A DNA stretch of 64,000 nucleotides, taken from the human T2T-CHM13v2.0 reference genome, Homo sapiens. The position numbers and the translations under genes were made by a program. Numbering within the stretch: the stretch's first letter is position 1; the number at the start of each line of letters is the position of its first letter. Location: NCBI RefSeq assembly GCF_009914755.1, contig NC_060931.1; one strand, given 5' to 3'. Below are positions 1 through 47,462 of this stretch, in pieces. The notes beneath the pieces are model-generated. The model was not told the origin of the DNA, ran no database searches, and saw only the letters and a program-made list of their open reading frames with translations.

Positions 1-65
1 GGTCGGTCCTCCTGTAAGTCTCCTGGCAATACTGCTCTAAAATCCCACTTCCAGCCCAGTGCAGG

Positions 66-171
66 GACTCACGCCTGTAATCTCAACACTCTGGGAGGCC
101 GAGGTGGGAGGATCACTTGAGCCCGGGAGTTCGAGATCAGCTTGGGCAACATAGTGAGACACCCGTCTCTA

Positions 172-209
<38 letters not shown>

Positions 210-355
210 AGGCGGGTGTGGTGGCATGCACCTGTGGTCCCAGCTACTTGGGAGGCTGAGGCAGGAGGCATTGCTTGAGCCCAGGAGTTGGAGGTTGTAG
301 TGTGCTAGGATAGCGCCATTGCACTCCGGCTTGGGCGACAGAGCGAGGCTGTTTC
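66..355 (+). mobile_element. Alu (old, AluJ-like) with expanded A35 middle linker (173-207)
   Basis: CTCACGCCTGTAATC...GGGAGGCCGAGG left arm, right arm ending GACAGAGCGAG; 35 consecutive A between the arms. Confidence 0.9.
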
Positions 356-402
356 TGAATGAATGAACGAATACATAAGTAAATAAGAAAATAGGTAATA
401 CA

Positions 403-452
403 TAAAATAAAATAAAATAAAATAAAATAAAATAAAATAAAATAAAATAAAA
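403..452 (+). repeat. (TAAAA)10 microsatellite, Alu tail-derived
   Basis: Ten perfect TAAAA units read directly. Confidence 0.95.
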
Positions 453-454
453 TC

Positions 455-950
455 GCACTTCCCAGCGGTTACACCCGGCCACGGAGGTCCCCAGGCTGGC
501 TGCGAGGGCGCCGGGGAGGTCACTGTTACTCCAGCCCCGCAACCCGCGGCGGCCCTCGCACACTTCCGCCGGAAGTCAGCCCCTCAGGGGCGCCGTGCTG
601 ATGTCACGAGCCCGCAGGAAGTCTCGTATCGCGCCCGGGAGGCGCCGGAGCCCAGCGGCTGGCGGTAAGGCCGCCTCCGCGGGGCTGTGGGAAGCTTGGG
701 CTGTCCCAGGACCGTCAGTCTCCTCCTCTGACCCTCCCTTTCCCCTTGTGTGTAGGGCCGCCGTCCCACCCCCACCTCGCCGGAGTCCGGGGCGGCCCCG
801 GTGTCCCCTCCGAGCCTGCTGCACTCCACGTCCCCCTACCAGGGCTCCAGCCCCCAGGGAAATCTCCGACCAGGCCCGCCCAGGAGGTGCCTTGGATGGG
901 GGTGGCTTCGGGAGGCCCTAATGGGGAGTGGCGGGGAGAGACCCAAGGCT
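455..950 (+). promoter_or_regulatory. ZDHHC4: CpG-island promoter of ZDHHC4 with ETS/GABP-type sites
   Basis: High GC/CpG; palindrome ACTTCCG-C-CGGAAGT 562-576; CAGGAAGT 615-622; no TATA box seen. Confidence 0.85.
590..664 (+). other. ZDHHC4: ZDHHC4 non-coding exon 1 (5' end approximate)
   Basis: Strong donor GCG|GTAAGG (GT 665-666) inside the CpG island. Confidence 0.65.
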
Positions 951-1050
951 ACCGACTTGGCTTATTTCTTCCCAACTAGCTGTTTCTCACAAAGTCTTTA
1001 TTATTATTGTATTTTGAGACGGGGTTTCGCTCTTGTTTCCCAGGCTGTAG

Positions 1051-1464
<414 letters not shown>

Positions 1465-1666
1465 TAAATTTTTATGTAGAGACAGTGATCTCACTGTGTT
1501 GCCCAGGCTGGTCTCGAACTCTTAACCTCAAGCTATCCTCCTGCCTGGGCCTCCCAAAGATTTGGGAGCAGGCCTAAGCAACTTAGTCTGGGCCATTTCT
1601 CCCAAAGTCTTACCCATTCATGCTGGGGGTGCTGAAAATCCCCTACTTCCAAATCCTTTTCCACAG

Positions 1667-1886
1667 GTATTCTGCCTTTGACTGCAACTCTTGTCGTCTT
1701 ATGTGGGTGTTGAATTGATCTGTCTCTGCAGCCAGATCCAGGCTCCTGGAAGAACCATGTCCGGCAGCTACTGGTCATGCCAGGCACACACTGCTGCCCA
1801 AGAGGAGCTGCTGTTTGAATTATCTGTGAATGTTGGGAAGAGGAATGCCAGAGCTGCCGGCTGAAAATTACCCAACCAAGAGAAAT
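1667..1886 (+). other. ZDHHC4: ZDHHC4 non-coding 5'UTR exon 2 (alternative acceptors at 1667 and 1732)
   Basis: Acceptors CCTTTTCCACAG|(1666) and TCTCTGCAG|(1731); donor AAT|GTAGGC (1887); unique sequence between Alus. Confidence 0.7.
1757..1864 (+). other. 35-aa upstream ORF in ZDHHC4 exon 2
   Basis: AACCATGT start; MSGSYWSCQAHTAAQEELLFELSVNVGKRNARAAG*; translation not demonstrated. Confidence 0.5.
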
Positions 1887-3195
1887 GTAGGCTGGGTACC
1901 CTGAATCACCCCGTGAGAATTGCTGCTGTTTGTTTACTCTCACCTATCATGTCATGAATAGCTTCTTGTTTGGTTATCTCACTTGGCATTACAGCCCAGA
2001 ATCTTATCTGCTAAGGTCAAAAGTGACCAGTTCCGGTATCTTTTTTGGTTTGTTTTTGAGACAGGGTCTCATGCTGTCGCCCAGGCTTGAACTCCTGTGC
2101 TCAAGCATTCCTCCCGCCTCAGCCTCCACAGGCATGCGCAACCACACCTGGCTAATTTTTGTATTTTTTGTAGAGATGGGGGTCTCGCTTTGTTGCCCAG
2201 GCTGGTCTTGAACTCCTGGGTTCAAGTGATCCTCCCACCTCAGCCTTCCAAAGTGCTGGGAGTACAGGCACGAGCCACTACGGCCGGCCAATTCCAGTAC
2301 CTTTTTTTTCTTCTTTTTTTTTTCTTAAACCGCTACACTATGGAAAAGAGTTCCAGTATCCAGTGTCTTTTCTTTTTTTTTTTTTGAAACGGAGTCTCGC
2401 TCTGTTGCCCAGGCTGGAGTGCAGTGGCGCGATCTCGGCTCACTGCAACCTCCGCTTCCTGGGTTCAAGAGATTCTCCTGCCTCCACCCCCTGAGTCGCT
2501 GGGATTACAGGCATGTGCCACCACGCCCGGTTAATTTTTGTGTTTTTAGTATAGATGGGGATTACACCATGTTGGCCAGACTGGTCTCGAACTCCTGACC
2601 TCGTGATCCGCCTGCCTCGACATGCCAAAGTGTTGGGATTACAGGCATGAGCCACCACGCTCGGCCTCAGTATCCAGTATTTTAACGCAGGCCTGTGTGT
2701 TGACTCTGGTTCCAGAGGGTAATTCCTGATGGTTGTGGCCAGTGTCCTGGAGGGATGCTTCTTAGGACAGGATGCCTGATTCTGGGTGCAGGGCTCCTGA
2801 CTGCCTCTAGGAGATGCTTGTTCTCAAGGCATTGTCAGCAGATTCTTTGGGGACACATCTTGTATCTTTGTGAATATTTAAGGAAGTAAAAGAATGATTC
2901 ATGCCTGGGGGCAAGGAAGGAGGATGCATTTTCTTTCTTGGTTTATTTTGGATTTGCAAGTTGGAGATGCTTCAAAGGCAGGCCACAGTCTTAGGGTGTT
3001 AGATTCAAAGTTTTTATCTTGGGCAGGTGCAGTGGCTCACGCCTGTACTCCCAGCACTTTGGGAGGCCGAGGCAGGTGGATCACCTGAGTTCAAGAGTTC
3101 GAGACCAGCCTGGCCAACATGGTGAAACCTCATCTCTACTAAAAATACAAAAATTAGCCAGGCATGGGGTGCGTGCCTATAATCCCAGCTACTCA

Positions 3196-3300
<105 letters not shown>

Positions 3301-3348
3301 TCAAAAAAAAAAAGTTTATCTTTCTTTTTTTATTTTTTATTTTATTAA

Positions 3349-3549
<201 letters not shown>

Positions 3550-3728
3550 TAAGAATTGGTGAATTCTGTTCTGTTTGTCTTTCTGCTTTTTGCTTTGAGA
3601 TGTCATTAAAGTCTAGATGAATTCTGTTTTGGTAGCCATTTGGGAGTTGATGTCTGAGAATGTGTGCCATGGAAGAAACCTTTCAGTAGCAGATAGTCAC
3701 ACTCTTTCTGTTCCTTTGTAGCTGCAGG

Positions 3729-12083
<8,355 letters not shown>

Positions 12084-12182
12084 CAAGTGTATGACTGCCT
12101 TTGAGCTGTAGTTCCCGTTTATTTACACATGTGGATCCTCGTTTTCCAAGCATGGCTTGTTTGTTTTGATTTCTGCTGTGCT

Positions 12183-12188
12183 TATAAA
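12183..12188 (+). terminator. ZDHHC4: Variant poly(A) signal TATAAA for ZDHHC4 (second candidate TTTAAA about 12636-12641)
   Basis: No AATAAA or ATTAAA seen between the stop codon and the INTS15 CpG island. Confidence 0.5.
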
Positions 12189-13456
12189 TCACTTTCGGTG
12201 GGCAAGGGAGAGAGGGGAAAATGGGTGTTGACTGAGGAATCCCCCTTGCTTGTCTTCTTTTGAAACCGGGCATCTCTGAAGTCCTGGTGTCAAGGGGATC
12301 AAGAGATGACTTCTCAGAGGTTCTAGGTGATGCTGAGACCTTGGTGTCTCTAAACTCTGGGCATGTGGACAGGAGGGGCTTGCGGCCGTGTCTCTGACCT
12401 GTGTGATGTGCAGGAGGGTCTCATTGACTCAGCGCCTGCGCGTTGTGCCTGGCTGTGCTCTCTTTTATGCCCCCTCTATTCTCCTCTCTCCCCCAGGGGA
12501 TTTTCATCTCAACAACAGAGTGTCCTCACCCAGGCCTGCCTTCCGGCCAGTATGGGCTTGTACATCAGGCACCTTCCTGCATGTGTGGCCTCCGGCCTGC
12601 CCTCCTCTAGCCACATTCAAGTCCTTTCTCACCAGTTTAAAAATTGTGAAAGTGAACTGCCACCTATTTCAGAGGAGAGATGACTGCCAGAAACGAGGTC
12701 TTGGTGCGGAAGGTCTTTGGAGTGGGAGGGCTCTCAGGTGCAGGTGGCAGGTGTTCTGCACCTTGCTAGGCCAAGGAGCCCGCAGTCAGAGAGGCTGGGA
12801 AGTGGGAGTCAGGGGCAGGGGGCCTTCCAGCCATCTTCCCCCGTACCCCCCAGCTGAGAACAGATGGAAACGTGAAGACGGGTAGCTGGGGCGGCCAGGG
12901 AACCCAAGTCCGCTGGCCGAAGCCAAAGCCCGGCACCACCCCCCATTCTTGCTGGTGGAAAGCACCGTGAAATCAACCAGCGGCAGCTCTGAACGCGACG
13001 CACAGCCCGCGAGGGAGCCTGGGCAAGGACGGAGCGGGCCTGCACCGGCGGTTGGGCGGGCTCCGGGGGCGGGGTCCACCTGGGACCGCGGCGCGCCCCT
13101 CACCGCTCGCGCCGCCAGGGGGCGCCCTCCGGAGAGCGCGCCTAGGCCGCGGCCTGCGCTTGGCCCCTGCGGGCCGCCGTCTCCGTGCCCGGCATTCGGC
13201 CGCTGTTCGGCTGCGCGGCGGCAGCTCCCGGCGGCTCCTGGCGGCGCCGCAGTCGGACCTTCGGGCGCCTGCTGGCCGGCGGCAGCAGCGATGGCCCCCT
13301 GAGCAGGCAGGGAGCAGGCGGCGGCAGGCGGGCAAGCGGGCGGGTGCCGCAGCCCAGGCCCGGGTCGCGCCTCTTTGTTTCCACGGGTAGCGGCGCAGTC
13401 CCGGGCCCCGGGCGGAAGTGAGACGCGCTCGGCGCGGGGGCCGCGGCGGCCGCACC

Positions 13457-31345
<17,889 letters not shown>

Positions 31346-31888
31346 GCTGGCCCGTGTGTGCCTTCTGCGCTCTCGCTGGACGAAGCCTTTCGAGATGGAA
31401 GGGGTGGCCGGACTCCCAGAAGAGAACCTCGGGGAAGGGGTCGGGCAGCCCCTCCCCGCCGGCAGAACCGTCTTGGTGTCACGGAGTCCAGGTGCTTCCC
31501 ACCCGGTCGCATTCTTTGACATGCAGATTGGATGGTGGAGGGAAGAGTCCAGCCTCTGCCGAGAGCCTGCTGCGTGCATTTTTAAAAGATGCCGATCCTG
31601 GGAGCCTCTGTTCTCTGCGCATTTCAGACACAGCCTGTGTGGCGAGGAGTGTGACGGCAGGAGCCACGGGTGCAAGCCCGTGTGTCTGGCCTCTTTCCTC
31701 GTGAAGACGATGTGTCCCCGCCAGAAAAAGTGGGCTCCTTCTGCAGCCCCGTGAGCTGAGCCCAGGCTGCGTAGTGACCACAAGCTTATGTGCAGCACTG
31801 CTCAGGGAGGCTGTCAGGAATTCCCCTCACCTCGGAAAGGAACTTCTCAGTTTTATTGGGGGTGTCTAAATTTCCTTTCATATGTTCA

Positions 31889-31894
31889 AATAAA
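31889..31894 (+). terminator. INTS15: INTS15 poly(A) signal AATAAA
   Basis: Canonical hexamer about 540 nt after the stop with U-rich downstream sequence. Confidence 0.88.
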
Positions 31895-32013
31895 TTTTTC
31901 TAAACAGTCATGTAGACTTTATGGAATGTATTTTTAACAGCTTCATAAATATTGCTTCCAACTGCGGTATTTTCTTAGCAATCTCTCTTTTTTTTTTTTT
32001 TTTTTTTATTTAG

Positions 32014-32169
<156 letters not shown>

Positions 32170-32398
32170 TAGAGATGGGGTCTTGCTAGGTTGCCCAGGC
32201 TGGTTTTGAACACTTGAGCTCAAGCGATCCGCCCACCTTGGCCTCTCAAAGTGCTGGGATTACAGGTGTAAGCCACTGCACCTGGCCTCCTTCCCAATCT
32301 CTTATGATCGTCGTAGTTTTTAGTCATTTCTTTTGACGGAAACAGCTTGGACACCTATGTTCCCAGCTGAGCCAGGCAGCTGAGGTCAGCAGGCATAG

Positions 32399-32815
<417 letters not shown>

Positions 32816-32827
32816 TAACTGACTTCA

Positions 32828-33415
<588 letters not shown>

Positions 33416-33445
33416 TCAGGAGGCTGAGGCAGGAGAATCACTTGA

Positions 33446-33682
<237 letters not shown>

Positions 33683-34189
33683 TGATCCACCTGCCTCGGC
33701 CTCCCAAAGTGCTGGGATTACAGGCGTGAGCCACCGTTCCTGGCTGATTATTTTCATGCAACACACTTCCCTGTCCTGGCACGGTTGATGGCATTTATTG
33801 GGTGTTTGACCTGAAGAGTGACAACCGACATTTGCACACTAGACCACTGCCAATGCATGCTTTCCGTTTTTTAAAATTGTATTATTTTTATTTTCCTTTT
33901 TATTCTATTCAGAGAATGCAAGCATTTCTAGGGAAGGACTCTTGAGAACGTGCTCTATTAAAATGAAGGGCAGCATCATCGATGCTCACTGCAGCATTAA
34001 TCTTGGTGTTTCTCCCTAGTCTGCTGCTCCTCCCCAGAACAGAATCCAAATCTTTTCCATCATCTCCAGGAGGAGACAAACTTCCTGCAGCCCCACAGCT
34101 GCCGTCTGGGAGCAGCTCTAAGTCTGTCTTATTCCACTCCCTTTCAAGGCACCTGCTACTGGCCCACCAGCTTTTCTTCTCAGGCGCAA

Positions 34190-34375
34190 AGGATCAATAA
34201 TCAAAATGGCACTGGACTTCTCTACTAGCAGCTCTGGAAGCTAGAAGACAATGAAACTGTTAGTTGCACCACGGCACTCCAGCCTAGGAGACAGAGTGAG
34301 ACTCTGTCTTGGAAAAAAAAAAAGTGTCTTTAACATTCTGAGGGGAAACAATTGCCAATCTATAATCTATAGCTG
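34190..34375 (+). mobile_element. Ancient L1/HAL1 ORF1 remnant with an Alu fragment inserted
   Basis: Frameshifted translation IKMALDFS..ALEARRQ* resembles L1 ORF1p IRLTADFS..TLQARRQW. Confidence 0.5.
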
Positions 34376-35001
34376 AGACAGGGCTGGGCACAGTGGCTCA
34401 CACCTGTAATCCCAGCACTTTGGGAGGCCGAGGCAGGTGGATCACGGGGTCAGGAGTTCAAGACCAGCCTGGTCAACATGGCAAAATCCCATCTCTACTA
34501 AAAATACAAAAATTAGCTGGGTGTGGTGGCAGGCACCTGTAATCCCAGCTATTCAGGAGGGTGAGGCAGGAGAATTACTTGAACCTGGGAGGTGGAGGTT
34601 GCACTGAGCTGAGATTGCACCACTGCACTCCAGTCTGGGCAACAGAGCAAGACTCTGTCTAAAAAAAAAAAAAGGAAAAGCTGAGACAGGAAGATCACTT
34701 GAACCCAGGAGTTCAAGGCTGCAGTGAGCCATGATGGCACGACTGCACTCCAGCCTGGGTAACAGAGCAAGATCTTGACTCAAAAAATAAGAAAGAGACA
34801 GACATGGTGTGAGAACAGGGATTAGTATGAGGATAACAAAGGCAAATCCCGGAAGGACGGCGGTGGAGGGGGGGGTCCCAGGTTGACAGTGGGCAGCAGC
34901 TCTGACAGCAGCCTGCCCAGTGTGGGTCTGCAGGGAGGAAGCCCCTGAAGAAACGCCCCTGGGAAACAGTGAAGCAAATACCTTCCTGACCAGATTGGCT
35001 A

Positions 35002-35250
<249 letters not shown>

Positions 35251-35555
35251 TCAGGAGGCCGAGACAGGAGAATCACTTGAACCTGGGAGGTGGCGGTTGT
35301 GGTGAGCCGAGATCAAGCCATTGTACTCCCCCCGGGAAACGAGTGAAACTCCATCTAAAAAAAAAAGATTCTAGCCCAGGCCGGGCATGCTGGCTTACGC
35401 CTGTAATCCAAGCACTTTGGGAGGCTGAGGCGGGTGGATGACTTGAGGTCAGGTGTTTGAGACCAGCCTGGCCAACATGGTGAAACCCCGTCTCTACTAA
35501 AAATACAAAAATTAGCCAGGCGTGGTGGCACATACCTGTAGTTCCCAGCTACTCA

Positions 35556-35959
<404 letters not shown>

Positions 35960-36201
35960 TCAAAAACAAACCACAAAAAGCTCAGTGGGAGGAACTGTGT
36001 GTGGACTGGGTGGGACCCCTCTCTGGTGGCACAGGTGAGCAACGAGCCTAGGGGAGGGGAGCAGAGCCTGCAAGGTGTCAGAGAAGGGGCCAAGAGGAAG
36101 GTGAACCGAGGTGTTTCTCCCTGGACAGCATGGCAGAAGTGTCCAGTGCTGCCCAGAGGCCAAATATGATGAGGGTTTAGTGACGTGGACATTGCTGGTG
36201 A

Positions 36202-36471
<270 letters not shown>

Positions 36472-36510
36472 TGAGTAGCTGGGACTACAGCATGCGCCAC
36501 CACGCCAAAC

Positions 36511-36541
<31 letters not shown>

Positions 36542-37612
36542 TTTTTGTATTTTTATTAGAGACAGGGTTTCACCATGTCGGCAAGGATGGTCTCTATCTC
36601 TTGACCTCATGATCTGCCCACCTTAGCCTCCCAAAATGCTAGGATTACAGGCGTGAGCCACCGTGCCCGGCCAGCAGACAGTCTTGCTCTGTCGCCAAGG
36701 CTGGAGTGCAGTGGCATGATCATGCCTCACTGCAGCCTCCAAAGCCAGGGCTCTCACGATTCTCCTGCCTTGGCCTCCCAAAGTGCTGGGATTACAAGCA
36801 TAAGCCACTGCGCCTGGCCCGGGTAGCATGTTTTTAAGATGGGAGAGCCCTGAGGATGTGTAAATCCTGTCAGAAAGAAGCCAGTGGAGGGAGAGGATAA
36901 AGACCTGAGGAGGGAGGGGCTCCTCAGGGCATGAGGGTTTGCAGGAGGCTAGAAGAGGCAGGTGCACACCTGCTCTGATCTTAAACTCCTGCCCATATCC
37001 TCCTCACCTTATCTGCTCGTCCTTATCCTGCCTAGCAGGCTGTCATCTCCACTTCACAGATGCAAGGCAGTCATTTGCCTGCAGTTACCTGGCTGCAAAA
37101 GGTCCCATGACCCTAGATGACTCTGTCTCCAAAGCCAGGCTCTTGCTGCACTTTTTCTAGCCTGGGGCAGAAGCCACCAGAGTGCAGGCTTTTCAGGCAA
37201 GGGCCAGAAAGGAAGCCTGAAACTCCAGTGCCTGTGGGGGCCAGAGAGATTCCAAAAACAGGACAAGGTGGCCACCTGTGCCACAGCAGTGTGAGCCCAG
37301 GGACAGGAGGAAGGGAGGGGGCTGTGAACCCTGAGGGCTCTTGTCCCCCACCAGGGGGGCATTCCTGCTGCACCCCAGGAGCACCTCCCAGATTCAAGCG
37401 ATTCTCCTGCCTCAGCCTCCAGAGTAGCTGGCGTTACAGGCATGTGCCACCATGCCCGGCCAATTTTGTATCTTTAGTAGAGATGGAGTTTCTCCATGTT
37501 GGCCAGGCTGGTCTCCAACTCCAGACCTCAGGTGATCTGCCCGCCTCGGCCTCCCAAAGTGCTGGGATTATAGGCGTGAGCCACCGCGCCCAGCATGTTT
37601 GCTTGTTTTTAG

Positions 37613-37813
<201 letters not shown>

Positions 37814-39356
37814 TAGGCTGGTCTCAAACTACCAGCCTCAAGTGATCCTCCCGAAATGCTGGGTTTACAGGCGTGAAGTACCATGCCCTGCCCCCAGATC
37901 TTTGGTTTTTTCTAAAGAATTTGAGCATCCCAATTTGAATTTGAATTCTCCAGGTTAGAGAGGTTTGTGCACCGAGAACAGGAAAGTTAGGTGGTGCAAC
38001 ATTAAGACGGGGTTAGGGAAGGCCTCCCTTGGAGAAGACCCCTGACCCAGGCAGGAATCCACTTGCCAAGTAGGGAAAGAGGAGAGGAGAGGGTGAGGGA
38101 GGTGGGAGGCCTGACCACCAGCCTTGTGGTCAGCGAAAGGCCGCAGGGGCGCTGGGCGGGAGGATTCCAGCTCTGCCAGTTCTCCACGGTGGCCTCATTT
38201 GATCTATGCAGGTCACAGTCCCTGATCGGGGGAGGGAGGCACACACTCCCTACTGGCCTGCCCTCCCCAGCCCCGGGGTCTAGGAGGAGGGCTCCACGGT
38301 GCGGACCGGGGTGGCCTCTCCAGGGCCCGCTCGGGCCGGGCCCGGATGGCGCCTACTCCCTCTCCGAGTGCCATCGAATTGTGTGCTAATTAGCCACAAT
38401 TTGCACCGCGGCAGGGGCGCCCCGAGGCCACGCCTGCCCTCTAGGGGGTGGCAGGGATCGGGTTGGGTACCCCCCACCCAGACACCCAGGCAGTGACAGT
38501 CGCCAACCCCGTGGCGCGAGGACACGCGCAGCAGGGATGCGGCACAGCGCGCGCTGCGCTCGGCACCGGCCAGCCCGGGACGCCCCAGGGGCCGCCGCAT
38601 CGTGTCCCCCGGGCCGGGTGAGTGGCCGGGCCGGGAATGGTTAAGCCCACCGAGCTGCGGCTGCCTAGAGCGGCGGCGGCGACGGCGGCGGCGGCGGCGG
38701 GGGCCGGGGCGCGGGGGCGCGGCGGGCGGGCAGGGGCGGGGGACAGGATGCGGATGCCGGGGGGACTTCCTGTGCCGGCCCCCGCGCCCCCGCCCCCGGC
38801 CCGGCCAGCGGCCCGCACGGACGCACTCCCGGGCGGGCGGGCGAGCCCAGGGGGACCCGGCCTTGCCGCGGCGCCCGCCCCGCCCCCGCCCCGGCCCCCG
38901 CGCGGCCCGGCCCAGGCCGCCCGCAGGCTCCGGGCACCTGTAGCCCCCGAGGACCCGCGTCGCCTGGCCGCCGCCGACCCCAGGCGGGGCCACCCCGTGG
39001 TGCCGACCCCGGGCGCCGGCCTGGATCCCGCTGCCCGCGATGGTCCCGGGGGGCCGGCCCTGAGCCCCGCGCGGGATTCGGGGCCCTGCCTCCCGCCCCA
39101 GCCCCCGCCGGAGAGTCTCCACCAACTTCTGCTCGGCCGCTCCTCTCAGCCCCTTCCCTTGGCCCAGGGCGACCTCCGCAGCCCAGAGGGCGTGGACCCT
39201 CCGGAGTGCCCAGAAAGCCCCCGGGGTGGCCCTGCGCCTCCTGGCTCTTTCTGGATGGAGGCGCCTCCGGAAGGAGCCGGCTGCACGCCGTGGCCTTCAC
39301 CTCGCAGCCTCTGCTGACCACACCTCCCTAGCGCAGAGGCTGCCCGGGAGCAGGAA

Positions 39357-46157
<6,801 letters not shown>

Positions 46158-47451
46158 GGGCCGTGATCGGGGCTGCCTGGCCGGGAGGGGACCCCCCACC
46201 CGCCTCCACCTGAAAAGCTCCTTGACCCGGGTTCATGGGCGCTGGAGGCGTCCTGGAATATCCCTGGAGTAAAAGGCTTCCACCATCATCATCATCATCA
46301 TCTCCCGGATTCCCTGAGAAAATACCAGGTTCACAGATTTCACCGCCAGAAAAATCCATCCGCCAAAAGAGAAGTGGACCGGGGCTGAAACAGCACACGG
46401 GACACGTTTGTCTGCCCTTTGAGGGGTCTGCCAAAGGTTTTCCCTCCGGGAAAACTGGACTTACTACGAACGAGGAAAAACCCCCAGTGGCGAGACGATT
46501 AATGACACTGGCCGAGGACTGGACACCCACCAGGGAATCAAGACGTGGTGAGACACACGTGGAAAATCTTCGATCCTGGTGAAAATGATCGCAAGGAGAA
46601 ATTCGGGGAGGAAGCAAACTTGTTTGCACTATGTAGAAACTGACCAAGGCATCGAATCGTCCTCAGAGGCATTTGCCTTGAAAATACTTTCCAAGATGAA
46701 AATTCATCAGGGTGGGTATAATTCTGATGAAAACGCCTGTGTTCATCAACACAGGGTCAGAGCGCTCACCGGGTCGATGTGCAAATCCAAGCCAGGAAGT
46801 CCTGCTCCGGGTGGAAGGTAAAACCTTCCCTCCAGGGAACCAGGGGCTCCGGCGGGCATCGGAGGCAGCTTCTTGGCCTCTGCTGCTGTGTCCCCCAGTC
46901 CCCCCAGCCCGCATTAATGTCCTCTGGAATAAGAGCCTGTGGCTGAAGCAGAGGGCCTTCTGGGAGAGCTCTCCAAGGTCTGGAAGGAGGGTCCCCCAGA
47001 AGGAGCTCCGGGGTAGCCCCACTGTGGCCCCCCTGGACTCCACCAGCTTCATGCTTCTCAGATGCTACCCAGGGGCCGGCCCGGGGAGACCAGGGCAGAT
47101 TTCTCCCGCACCAGGCTGTGGAGGTTTGGAGGGCTGCCTGAGCAGACACTGTGCCATTGCTGGGGCTGGGGAAAGAATATCTGAGACGACGTTTGGGAGC
47201 AATGCTCTTTACCACGTTCACCAAATCGTCTGGGGCAGGGGTTGTGAGCTGCAGCAGTTGCTGGTGCCTTGTGGGAAGGTGGGGCAGGGAGGAGGCTGCC
47301 CGCCACCTCTGCCCCCAGTCACTTCCTGCTTGACCTGACTCTTCACATGTGGCTGCTTAATTCCTGCCCCTCTCCCCCCAGCTGCTTCTCCTTTACTAAC
47401 ACACCTGCTACATTTTACACATGTGTTGGTAAGTGAGAAACAGAAACGAAA

Positions 47452-47462
47452 AATAAATTAAA
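47452..47462 (+). terminator. ZNF853: ZNF853 poly(A) signal (overlapping AATAAA/ATTAAA)
   Basis: AATAAATTAAA followed by GU-rich TGTCCTTGTCTTGGTGTTTT. Confidence 0.88.
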
